Positions 30,401 to 38,972 of a stretch of 64,000 nt of DNA are shown here, piece after piece (the stretch's first letter is position 1; the number at the start of each line of letters is the position of its first letter). Position numbers and translations under genes: made by a program. The stretch lies in sequence record MT701590.1; one strand, given 5' to 3'. The DNA is from Klebsiella phage Miami. The notes under the pieces were generated by a model. That model saw only the letters and a program-made list of their open reading frames with translations. It was not told the DNA's origin and ran no database searches.

Positions 30401-31066
30401 GGTGTTGCTAAAACGGCGTACCTGTCTGGTAAAATGTCGTCAGCAACCGTCATTTCCGCTATTAACAATTACCCTGGCGGAAGAGATATGTTGGGGTCTG
30501 TCGTCTATGCATTAAAAGGCGTCGGTCTATTACTGATTTCCGATACGATGGCTACCGATATCTTTGTGGGTGGCGGCATTACTCCGGCTAAGCTGGCGGG
30601 TAGTACCTACCAGTCAGTTCTGGATGGATATGCTAACACAGCGCTGTTAGGATCGTTCTACATCGTTGCCGACATCATCCCGGTCAATCAATGGACGTTG
30701 TTCTTCTCAGCGAGTAAGATCGTTTTGAAAGGAACCTATTTCGAACTCCCCGTTGGTACTCTGACATTAACAGATTACTTCACCAATGTTCAAAATAAAA
30801 CGTTCTACTTGTTTTTAAAACTCACTGAAGGTAGTCCTGTGTATGAACTGTCATCAACCATGTTGTCGGAAACTTCGACATGTATGTTGATAGCGACGGT
30901 TACTACTGACGCCTTAAGCATTGTTTCTGTAGATACACAAAAGGTCTTTTCAATGACCGGCTATCGCGTGTCGTCTCAAGCTATCGGTTCGATCATACCT
31001 GGGTCGACCGGGGGGATCAACGAATTGGGCGAGACACCGTGGCTGTCGTCTACCTTGGTTGATTAA
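27452..31066 (+). CDS. tail fiber protein 2 (about 1204 aa)
   Basis: AGGTGA Shine-Dalgarno before ATG 27452. N-terminal VVPRHAPFF domain. GLGNVDNIGTYTSDNWGDPIDDKHRITPGYLKKL collar motif. Ser/Thr/Asn-rich distal region. Confidence 0.7.
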   Translation: MNYPNIPEYRLDITGKNPENLIPFEHLQREDNDRKMIVVPRHAPFFIDSVILSFPDGTPMVYGTHYEFFNIMGELSRRTGKAVGCFIRILDKTITRFNARYQTVGSVSLFDKSFLDLYNTVIDDERAVWFDDIANKPILFDPEQHGHDVRYGVYAFKDLADAFEQMVANTVGGEGYHAPYEEFFVQRINNAISYLSQVQSRCIALINEHASNKINVHGIDNVKVGLGNVDNIGTYTSDNWGDPIDDKHRITPGYLKKLAENTTVDLSNLVQPGVLPIARYGENFYIPPVIDGSFKGVGTRQPWRVACLERNGYLVAIGNYKDVNTDVLMYMYNKTPFVSPANSANWINTRYEYKPTRAVEDDVKLTTVIKGGDYRWMIVGNDQTNKWYVVNCNSTFNPVSHVLTPISNVDFFSNISHIRMSVCGESIYLFKITDTQADGRKYVTMRKIDVSSVDVNTESVALTTPSLIYTDSSNASKTSTTGVFDPFVVTKDGSNKVTKVLGSFNPVLDYIEMERDIHIEMIPDPTNPTVSYMRWWTPCMHHLGTKAVTTTYSPSWKLQESGGFTTMTWTKGLGSATMNITAWDLNYAPWMGNQNTANTDFFKQTSSWFHSPAMGNGFTGSSSILSNDARFSCASTHWNFFPLLTATSMSDFFTSSDPSTFTTADPAITNMDVNEAGGYNLRTLQCGITNTTVYGSAPASSCHSTLPFTEANNSITHYELIKSEVNDDTFVHTAKLRTGDRTTASVYDANTYYHMSYTNDIYKTNIPPRGVRVSYVDEMNTTNKGETFFSVTGGTVYSLGTGLQDNLLTHSFTTTRDSSTRTLSFNPSLYVQITNALVLSLVTANFPNAAAYYQKAWTLLWVPGKESIIAPMLIVEWMGTGSDTNAYIGVMTLNVVKNPTLAANQTTTVNGVKTCVMNVGDLTVVNKYTVTNGTYSGDRSWFDAIGNHYINSGYFTVYRNASGEVSFYWGSTNSKNYGSATSYGVAKTAYLSGKMSSATVISAINNYPGGRDMLGSVVYALKGVGLLLISDTMATDIFVGGGITPAKLAGSTYQSVLDGYANTALLGSFYIVADIIPVNQWTLFFSASKIVLKGTYFELPVGTLTLTDYFTNVQNKTFYLFLKLTEGSPVYELSSTMLSETSTCMLIATVTTDALSIVSVDTQKVFSMTGYRVSSQAIGSIIPGSTGGINELGETPWLSSTLVD

Positions 31067-31072
31067 CCCTTT

Positions 31073-31105
31073 AAAAGGAGGGAGTTTCCCTCCTTTTATT
31101 TTCAT
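31073..31105 (+). terminator. intrinsic terminator
   Basis: Stem aaaaggaggga / tccctcctttt with loop gttt, followed by tattttc. Confidence 0.55.
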
Positions 31106-31114
31106 AGGTGTAAT

Positions 31115-34100
31115 ATGTCTGACTTTAAAATCCTATCTTTCGATCCCAGAGGGGATAACGCAGATAATCTGTTAACCGAGCAGGTGACGTTGGATGACAC
31201 CACCCTCGATTACATTAAACCGGATTACAGTCCATTTTATTCTAACACTGTGGTTATTACTGATAAAGATGGTCAAGTGAGGAATGAAGGGACAGATTAT
31301 GTTCTGGAAGGTTTAGTCGTCCCACTGGTAAAAACTTCCGGTAAGGATGTAAAGGCTTACATCAGAATCGTCAATACAGAACTCTATGCTAAGTCTCCAC
31401 TGAGCATTCGGTATCATTCTTGCGGGATTAACCACTTTCCGAGAGATATGGTTAAGAACACTCCAACCGGGTCAGAAGGTAACAACCTCCCCGTCGATTG
31501 GAATACGCAAGTTTTAGGCAAGCCCGATTCTTATCCTTTTAAACCGCATATTCATAACGTTGAAACTGAAATAGCGGCGTGGACTGATTTGGCCGATGAA
31601 ATAGAAGAAATTTATCAGTACAGAAAAAATCACATCCTCAGCAAATACCAAGAGTTAAAAGGTCTGAGCGATGCAGTTTGGACTGCGACTGATCTCACCG
31701 CCAAGCAGCTCCGCGATAATGTGATGAATCACGATCGTGATCTCGATAACCCTCATGACGTTGATGCGGCTGACGTTTTACTCGGTAACGTAGACAACTT
31801 TGCTACAGCAACCGCCAATGACGAACTCCTGGGCTCGGCTGATAAGTTCTCTACCCCCCTAGGAGCGCAGTCTATACTTAATAATTCATTACAAAGTACG
31901 GACAGTTATCATCACATTGGTCGTCTTCCCCTTTCTTATTACGGAACTGATTTTTATATCCCCCCTCCGATAGAGGGAGACTTTAAAGGGATGTGGACTA
32001 ACTGTGAAACGGCCGGATTCTGTTTGGAAGATAACGGAACGTTAATGATGCTCGCCAATGCGTCTGACGGAAAGCACAACGGTCTGTTTTACACCACTAT
32101 TGAAAATTGGGATAGCACCAATCCAAAAGTCAGATATACCGGCTATCCTTACCAATGGGGGAATTTGGATTACCGTAAACTCAACGCCATTGTTGAAGGC
32201 TCTGGTAAAGACGTGATGATCGTAGGGAACCGTGTTTCTCAGGATTGGTACATTACTCTGACCAAAGGGACCTTCGACCCAGCGAAACACAATCTGCACA
32301 AAATCTCTTTCGATACCACCCCTCCTGGGATGTGGGACAATTATGTCGTTAACGAAAGATTCCCTTGGTTCGATATCAGCAAGGTTTTTGTTGCAGGGAA
32401 CTATGTTTGGCTGATGTATCTCAACCATCAGTATTTTAGCAATGAGTTGAGGATGGCTAAGGATCTTTATTTTTATCGCATCCCTTTATCAGCCTTTGAT
32501 ACTGACGGTCCGTTGGTATTCCAGGCGGTAACTCTGACAAGCGCGCATAACGTTTTCGGGACATTATTCTCTAACGTTAAACCGCTTAGAATGACGGATC
32601 CTGTTAAGAAGTCCAACGGGTATTATAACAATAGTTGGTGCAGAACTTCCCTGGATCTAACGTCTTCATTCCAGTGGATAAAATCAGTTATTATCCCGAC
32701 AGATTACGATACAACGTCTAACAAGAAGCTGATCTATTTAGAAACTAGAATGCATGACTATTATTATAATGGTTCTGTTTATAGTTTCTATTCTCCGGCC
32801 CTGCAGTTCATTTATATCTTTGATCCTGACAATAATACGTTTTTACTCCATCCTGATAGCGGAAGAAACTACCTAATTGATTTGGGGAATACCTCCAATA
32901 ATCCCCAGAGAGTAGAGGGAAGAATGGGTAATGGGGATGACTGGGTCAACATAGGTAGGAACCAAAGACCTAGTATCTACGCGATGAATGGCTATATTCT
33001 TAAGTCACAAATAAATCAGACTTACACCACCTTTAAATTAAAAACTGATTTACTCAGTTGGTTCAAAGACCCTTATTCGGGAGCAACGGGTGGGACTAAT
33101 GCTCTGACGGTAGTTAAAAAGTCTTATCCGATGGTAGAGCCCCCTGGCGCGGTTCAATCAAGCTATTTCGATGGCGCTGAAATATATGGAGTTTATGGTC
33201 CCCTTCCATCCAGCTCCACCAACGTCGCGACCAAAATGGGTTTATACCTCAGAACCGGATTGGGGGACTACGCCAATCACCCTGAGATGAGATGGGACAA
33301 CACTAATCTCATGATACGTCTGCCCAGCAACCAGGACTTTAAGATAGCGGGTGGTGGAAACTATGCAAGATGCAGTGTGACCGGTGATGCCGCAGCATTA
33401 ACCGCAGCAGGGACAACGATAGGGTGGACTGGATTCAGCGTTTATGAGGATAGGGGTGTTTTCGATAAATTCACCAACTGGCCCGCTCAGCCAAGTAATC
33501 AGGTTGCTTTACCCGGGAACATCACCTGGGATACAAGTGTTCCTGGAGTAGCGACAGCCCAGGTGAATTCTACAGTAAATTACCCAACCACCATTATCAA
33601 CCAGATTAAAGCGGTGTTGACTAATGGTATCGGGGCGACGAAATATTCGTCGTTTACACTTTACGATTTCACCTATTCCCCGTTTGCGGACGTCTATTCG
33701 GTAGCCACCCTTTTCTATACGAAGCCGGGATCTGCTGGACTGTGGACAAGGTTTATTTTGTTTAAACCTACGGTAACAACGTCCGGTACCGTAAAAACTG
33801 TGACCGCTTATTCCGTTCTGTACAACTCCGGTGAAGTGGTTAACGATGGTCCGAGGTTCTTCGCGAACATTGACATGAGCTATTCTAGAGGATTCGACAC
33901 TTATCCCATAGTGGAAGTCTATGTCAATCGAACCACCGGGATCCATTATTACAACATTTATCCGGGCGTTTGTTTCTATCCGGCAGGAAGTACTGGGGCG
34001 TACGCGGTTTCTTATATCGTACAGTCTCGTATACAGCTACAGCGGGCGACATCCAATAACGCGATTACTGTTACCGAAAACACAACAAGACCTACTTGGT

Positions 34101-34627
34101 ATAACGACGAATATTACGTTACCATGATTCCTAAGGTAGGGAGGGTCACTGTTTACGGCATTGATGTGCTAACTGAGATGGCGAATACTGGATCGATCGC
34201 AACAGTAAATGGAACGCGATATGTGACCGCTCACACTTATCCGGCGGATAACTGGTATGTGTATTTTACCAATGCGATTAACGTAACGATAGAAGGCGGC
34301 AGTTATCTCATGCCGACGGGCAGTATATCACTTTACGACATTGTAAGTAATCCCGTTGATAAGACGTTCTACGTTTATATCAGGTTGAACGGAACCAAAG
34401 CGGAATATTTCGTTACTACCAAAAAGCTTTACGTTTCTAGCAAAATGTTGTTTGTTGCAACGATAACGACTAACGATAAAGGGATCAGCAGCATCGATCT
34501 TCTCCAACCGATGATGGTGGGGGATTTGGTTCTCTCTAACGTACGTCGTGGTCAAGCAATTCCTGTTGTGGACGGGTCGCTGGGTCAAGAAGCAACTGTG
34601 GTATGGAAACGCAGCCAAGATAATTAA
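31115..34627 (+). CDS. tail fiber protein 3 (1170 aa)
   Basis: Related N-terminal domain (VVPLVK...). LLGNVDNFATATANDELLGSADKFSTPLGAQSIL collar motif. Similar length and composition to fiber 2. Confidence 0.7.
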   Translation: MSDFKILSFDPRGDNADNLLTEQVTLDDTTLDYIKPDYSPFYSNTVVITDKDGQVRNEGTDYVLEGLVVPLVKTSGKDVKAYIRIVNTELYAKSPLSIRYHSCGINHFPRDMVKNTPTGSEGNNLPVDWNTQVLGKPDSYPFKPHIHNVETEIAAWTDLADEIEEIYQYRKNHILSKYQELKGLSDAVWTATDLTAKQLRDNVMNHDRDLDNPHDVDAADVLLGNVDNFATATANDELLGSADKFSTPLGAQSILNNSLQSTDSYHHIGRLPLSYYGTDFYIPPPIEGDFKGMWTNCETAGFCLEDNGTLMMLANASDGKHNGLFYTTIENWDSTNPKVRYTGYPYQWGNLDYRKLNAIVEGSGKDVMIVGNRVSQDWYITLTKGTFDPAKHNLHKISFDTTPPGMWDNYVVNERFPWFDISKVFVAGNYVWLMYLNHQYFSNELRMAKDLYFYRIPLSAFDTDGPLVFQAVTLTSAHNVFGTLFSNVKPLRMTDPVKKSNGYYNNSWCRTSLDLTSSFQWIKSVIIPTDYDTTSNKKLIYLETRMHDYYYNGSVYSFYSPALQFIYIFDPDNNTFLLHPDSGRNYLIDLGNTSNNPQRVEGRMGNGDDWVNIGRNQRPSIYAMNGYILKSQINQTYTTFKLKTDLLSWFKDPYSGATGGTNALTVVKKSYPMVEPPGAVQSSYFDGAEIYGVYGPLPSSSTNVATKMGLYLRTGLGDYANHPEMRWDNTNLMIRLPSNQDFKIAGGGNYARCSVTGDAAALTAAGTTIGWTGFSVYEDRGVFDKFTNWPAQPSNQVALPGNITWDTSVPGVATAQVNSTVNYPTTIINQIKAVLTNGIGATKYSSFTLYDFTYSPFADVYSVATLFYTKPGSAGLWTRFILFKPTVTTSGTVKTVTAYSVLYNSGEVVNDGPRFFANIDMSYSRGFDTYPIVEVYVNRTTGIHYYNIYPGVCFYPAGSTGAYAVSYIVQSRIQLQRATSNNAITVTENTTRPTWYNDEYYVTMIPKVGRVTVYGIDVLTEMANTGSIATVNGTRYVTAHTYPADNWYVYFTNAINVTIEGGSYLMPTGSISLYDIVSNPVDKTFYVYIRLNGTKAEYFVTTKKLYVSSKMLFVATITTNDKGISSIDLLQPMMVGDLVLSNVRRGQAIPVVDGSLGQEATVVWKRSQDN

Positions 34628-34672
34628 TCGTTTTCACACGGGGGAGTAACCCTCCCCCTAAGAGGTCAGATA

Positions 34673-37600
34673 ATGATCATTTTAGATGAAACCATTCCTC
34701 CTAATGGTCAAGAGGATGAGCGCTTCGGTCTTTTACTTTACGCGTTAACCGACTACGGGATTAAAAGGGAGTTACAACACGTCGCCAGTGTGGCGGTGTT
34801 GACCGATAAAGTTGCCGAAGCGAATGCTAAGATGACATCGGTCAGCTCAGCGGTAAACGATGCTCTTGACGCCCACATTGCGACAAAAGGCCCCATCCAT
34901 GGGGAGACCAAGGAAACGATAGGTCTGGGTCTTGTTGACAATTTACGGACAGCCACGTTAGAAGAACATGTTGACGGTAGCGACGACCTGTTCTGTACTC
35001 CTGCTGGAGTAAAATACGCGGCTCAGTTTTTGGTTGAACCTGATTACACCGGGTTTATTCCACAGACTGTACTCCCTATTGCTTATTTCAAAAGACTGAC
35101 TGGGGATCTGAGCATTAACTCAATCTCTTTCAGTCCATGGACTCAGAGTAATAAGAAAGGTAACCTGTACATCACAGACGGTGCTTATTACGTCAGCTTG
35201 TTAAGTAAGAACGGCGGCGGGGTTAATTACCTGAGTGATCTTTTAACATCAAGGGATTTGATGTACTTCACACCTAGTGGCGGTACGATTGTACCTAAAC
35301 TGGCATACGGCTGGAACGCTAAGACGGGATACCAAACCCTGAGTGATGGTTCGAAACAGCTTACCTTTTTCGATTACACTCATAATGGCACTGGTGGGGA
35401 GTTCGCTCTTAATTTTTCGGGGTCTGTAACAGGCGACTATCTGTCGACCTTATTCGATCCTTTACTCGACACGTCTTCTTTAATAGGCGGGCTACGCTTA
35501 ACTCAGGCTGGATTAAATGTCACACTGACGACCATTACCCAGCCAGATGAGTCGGTCGCAACGCTACTGGTGGACAACACTACCGGTTTCAGTTTTAACG
35601 CCACGGGACCGAAGGGAACGGTTAGAACAGGGACGATTAATAACCTCATTCCTTTAGCCGACTTCATCACGGTAACTGACGCTACGGCGGTTACAATTGA
35701 CCCGACCTACACAGCCATTGACCAAACCCACGGCTATGGGAATATGGAATGGGAGGTTAAAGGGAAATCTGCGATTCTTTACACAGATGCTATCCTGAGG
35801 ACAACATTCCAAGGAGTCGTTAAGAAGATCGTCGCCAGAATAGCGTTAAGGTTGACGATAAGTGGGTCCACTTACACGATCGCTCCCTTATCTCAAGTGA
35901 GTATGGCGACGATAACTGCTGGCGCTGTTGCTGTATCCGGGAACATCCTTTTTGAAGAAGAAATTGATGGCGCTTTACACCCAGTTTACGGAAAAGGTCC
36001 GTTCTTAAGCGAGGGCGGGCACGCTACGTCAATGGCTTCCAACCAAAGCTTCTTCTTAAGGGCATTTACTCACGATCTAACCAGCCTCGTTGACCTGGCT
36101 AAAAACTATCACGAAACCCTTTCTCTCTCTGGAGAGTATACAAAGGAATATCCGGGTAGTTTTGCGGCTCCGATAGGGGTGAACATTAAACGCTTCATAC
36201 CGTTTAATAGTACCGCTTCGGGGTTAAAGGTTTTAACCTATCCGATGGCCAATACCTCAGAAGACTACTACGGGGTATTAAGTTGGGATAGTCCTCAGAT
36301 TCTCCAGTCGTCTAAGAACAAGCCGCTGTATTATCGGTTCAAGCAGGCGAGCTCTTTAACCAACTTTACATTAAGCTCCACCATACCGACCAGGCTGATT
36401 GTTAACTCCGGTGCTGATGGCAGCGTTACTGTGAGGGGGTTGAGTTTCTTACGCAGTGATTATACCGCCGGTACGGGTAAACTGGTCATTACGGAGAATG
36501 AGGTTAAAGCGTCTGAAACTTGGGCGTTGGACGCCGACTCCATTACCACAATGGAATCTATCTTGTCGACGTTCTCCACCAGAAGCCACACAGCGTATAC
36601 TTCTGCTGGGGTGGCGTACGACGCAAGTAAACAGTCAATGAGTTGGTCTGTTGGGATTTTGACGACCTCTGACGACATTACCGCAGTAACAAGATGTGTT
36701 GTGTTATTATCGGATGGTTGCGGTTATGTGGGGTGTCAAATCGTTCCTACGACGCCTAATAGCGGAACAAGAACGTTTACCATCAACAGAGCGTCATTGG
36801 GCACACTGACATCCATGACTTTTGGGATGGCTGCTGTTCCTGATTTTAGTGCGGCCGAATATCTGACACCGCCGGCGTACAACGACATAATGGTATTAAC
36901 TCGTTCCGATAATTCGTTAGAGATCGCATTTAATAACGCGTTTAAAACGAAATACGGGATGGCGTCATTCTTATATTCCGGAACAACGCTGGCACTGGAT
37001 AAAATAGAAAATCCAAGAGTCAGTGTAGGGAATTTCCCCATCATCGGGAAACGTGGGTGTTGCCCTATCAGTATTCCTTACTACGGTATTTTCAGGATGA
37101 CGGATAACGAGGAGGAGTTTTTCAACGCCAACCTCAATCGTTATCTTAACCAGTATGGCGATTTAACGGACGACGTAGTCACTATGGGGGGTTCGGATTA
37201 TCACCTAATCAGAATCCCTGCCGGGACCAAAGTGTTCTTGGATGGTCGAGAATTCCAAATGATCTCCGGTTTAGTCGTCTACGCTCAGGTAGGAGTGACG
37301 TCGTATATTTATCTCACAGCGGCGGCCGATAACGTGATGGCCGAGGCCAGAACCGTAAAATCAGAACCTGCCGTTGATGAAATCATTTACGCAGTAATGG
37401 ATGAAGCAGGGAATCTCGTTATCAACGACACGTACACTGTCATTGATGGGTTCGCGGTATCCTACACTCGTCAGGGTAGTTCTATCCCGTATACTACGGG
37501 TTACCCTATGGATCTTGGCGAAACACTCTTCTTTAAAACAACCTTCGGGGATCCTGATCTTGATGTAATCATGAACTCAACCATGCCAGAGTTTGGCGGG

Positions 37601-37888
37601 ATGGAGTACATGCCTGACCTTGATGAGGAGATCAACGACATTATTCCTTCTTGGGATAATCTCGAAGATCAAGCCATGGACCTCATGATGAACCAGATTC
37701 TCCCAGAGGATATTGGAACATTGGAGGAAAATATCGATGAGTGCATCAACGAAATTCAACCTGAGTACGTCGAAGACTACAGAGATTCCAACGACATCAT
37801 TGTTAACCAATTGATGCCGGAAATCGGTATGTCTCGATTTGTATTGACGGATTATATCGTTAACCAGATCTTACCTGATTCGGAATAA
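34673..37888 (+). CDS. tail fiber protein 4 (1071 aa) with a C-terminal acidic repeat array
   Basis: AAGAGGT Shine-Dalgarno. GLGLVDNLRTATLEEHVDGSDDLFCTPAGVKYAAQF collar motif. The last 110 aa or so carry four or five repeats of (V/M)N(Q/E)(I/L)(L/M/Q)PE. Confidence 0.65.
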   Translation: MIILDETIPPNGQEDERFGLLLYALTDYGIKRELQHVASVAVLTDKVAEANAKMTSVSSAVNDALDAHIATKGPIHGETKETIGLGLVDNLRTATLEEHVDGSDDLFCTPAGVKYAAQFLVEPDYTGFIPQTVLPIAYFKRLTGDLSINSISFSPWTQSNKKGNLYITDGAYYVSLLSKNGGGVNYLSDLLTSRDLMYFTPSGGTIVPKLAYGWNAKTGYQTLSDGSKQLTFFDYTHNGTGGEFALNFSGSVTGDYLSTLFDPLLDTSSLIGGLRLTQAGLNVTLTTITQPDESVATLLVDNTTGFSFNATGPKGTVRTGTINNLIPLADFITVTDATAVTIDPTYTAIDQTHGYGNMEWEVKGKSAILYTDAILRTTFQGVVKKIVARIALRLTISGSTYTIAPLSQVSMATITAGAVAVSGNILFEEEIDGALHPVYGKGPFLSEGGHATSMASNQSFFLRAFTHDLTSLVDLAKNYHETLSLSGEYTKEYPGSFAAPIGVNIKRFIPFNSTASGLKVLTYPMANTSEDYYGVLSWDSPQILQSSKNKPLYYRFKQASSLTNFTLSSTIPTRLIVNSGADGSVTVRGLSFLRSDYTAGTGKLVITENEVKASETWALDADSITTMESILSTFSTRSHTAYTSAGVAYDASKQSMSWSVGILTTSDDITAVTRCVVLLSDGCGYVGCQIVPTTPNSGTRTFTINRASLGTLTSMTFGMAAVPDFSAAEYLTPPAYNDIMVLTRSDNSLEIAFNNAFKTKYGMASFLYSGTTLALDKIENPRVSVGNFPIIGKRGCCPISIPYYGIFRMTDNEEEFFNANLNRYLNQYGDLTDDVVTMGGSDYHLIRIPAGTKVFLDGREFQMISGLVVYAQVGVTSYIYLTAAADNVMAEARTVKSEPAVDEIIYAVMDEAGNLVINDTYTVIDGFAVSYTRQGSSIPYTTGYPMDLGETLFFKTTFGDPDLDVIMNSTMPEFGGMEYMPDLDEEINDIIPSWDNLEDQAMDLMMNQILPEDIGTLEENIDECINEIQPEYVEDYRDSNDIIVNQLMPEIGMSRFVLTDYIVNQILPDSE

Positions 37889-37893
37889 CGTTT

Positions 37894-37937
37894 ATAGCGG
37901 AGAGGGGCTCACGCCCCTCTCCGCTATATTTATTGTT
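37894..37937. terminator. bidirectional intrinsic terminator
   Basis: Stem atagcggagaggggc / gcccctctccgctat with loop tcac, followed by atttattgtt. Lies between convergent genes. Confidence 0.6.
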
Positions 37938-38922
37938 AACCGCCGCCAACCGGCATACCGCCTGTACCGCTGCCACCTGAATTGCTATGACGATGTTTCA
38001 ATAGGGATACTGCTCCGCCCCCTGCTGTTACATCACCTTTCGCATTTATAGATTCTTCTGCGTTAATGCTTCCAGAACATTCCATAGTTCCATCGCCACC
38101 TTCACCCGCAATTGTGGTAATGTTACCCGCCACACCCAAGTTACCGATAACTGACGTGTTAGCCTTTATGTTTACGCCTTCTGGGGCGACGACGTTGACG
38201 TCTTGCGCACTAACTAGCATTTGTTTACAGATTATGCTTAATAGTTTATCGGCACTAATTCCAAATGTGTCCGCGCACTTAATTAAGATGTTCATCTTAG
38301 CCAGTGTAATTTCTGACCCATCCTGATTTCGTACGCTCGTGGTGTGTGACATCGAATCAGTAGCGATAATGTTGCCTTCGCCATCCCCTAGGAGAACAGT
38401 ACCTGCCTGAGCATCTACCTGGAACTGATATTTGGTCTTCTCTCCATTAGCTTGGGATGTCATAAACCCAACCTTACCCGTATGAGTGGAGATCTCAAAC
38501 GTGTAATAGTTATCCAGAGAGAATTCAGCATTCTCGTCTAAATTAGGATTGGCGGAAAATCCCCAAACTACTGTCTCCAATCGTTTAGTCTTCGTATCGA
38601 CCCCATGGAGTGTCCAGAGTAATTGATCCGAATCCCCATACCGATATATGGCGACCGGGGTCCCTTCTCTGACATCCGGAGCCGTCATTCGGTTACCGCC
38701 GTCACCCATCCACTTAGCCGTAACTGAGTTAGATCCCAAAACCTGAGAAGTTTTGTTAGTTCCGTCGGCAGTTTGCGAAGTTTGAACAGAGGTTTGGGCT
38801 GTGGCCACTTCCCTACCGTCAGCCATCATGTTATACGATGGAAGGGAAACGGTAATTTCTTTTGAGTCAGTTTGTTTAGTCGATGTTACCGTTCCGACAC
38901 CTAAACAATTCAGTAAATTCAT
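37936..38922 (-). CDS. baseplate central spike-like protein (gp5/VgrG-like OB-fold N-terminus plus Gly-rich beta-helical C-terminus), putative
   Basis: C-terminal VxGxxxxx-type repeats (GVNIKANTSVIGNLGVAGNITTIAGEGGDG...INAEESINAKGDVTAGGGAV) ending in a Gly/His-rich tip. Lies beside the fiber cluster. Confidence 0.4.
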   Translation of the reverse strand: MNLLNCLGVGTVTSTKQTDSKEITVSLPSYNMMADGREVATAQTSVQTSQTADGTNKTSQVLGSNSVTAKWMGDGGNRMTAPDVREGTPVAIYRYGDSDQLLWTLHGVDTKTKRLETVVWGFSANPNLDENAEFSLDNYYTFEISTHTGKVGFMTSQANGEKTKYQFQVDAQAGTVLLGDGEGNIIATDSMSHTTSVRNQDGSEITLAKMNILIKCADTFGISADKLLSIICKQMLVSAQDVNVVAPEGVNIKANTSVIGNLGVAGNITTIAGEGGDGTMECSGSINAEESINAKGDVTAGGGAVSLLKHRHSNSGGSGTGGMPVGGG

Positions 38923-38972
38923 ACCCTGTCCCTTTATTTATAAGACTTTGTCATTTAAAAAATGGTTACTAT

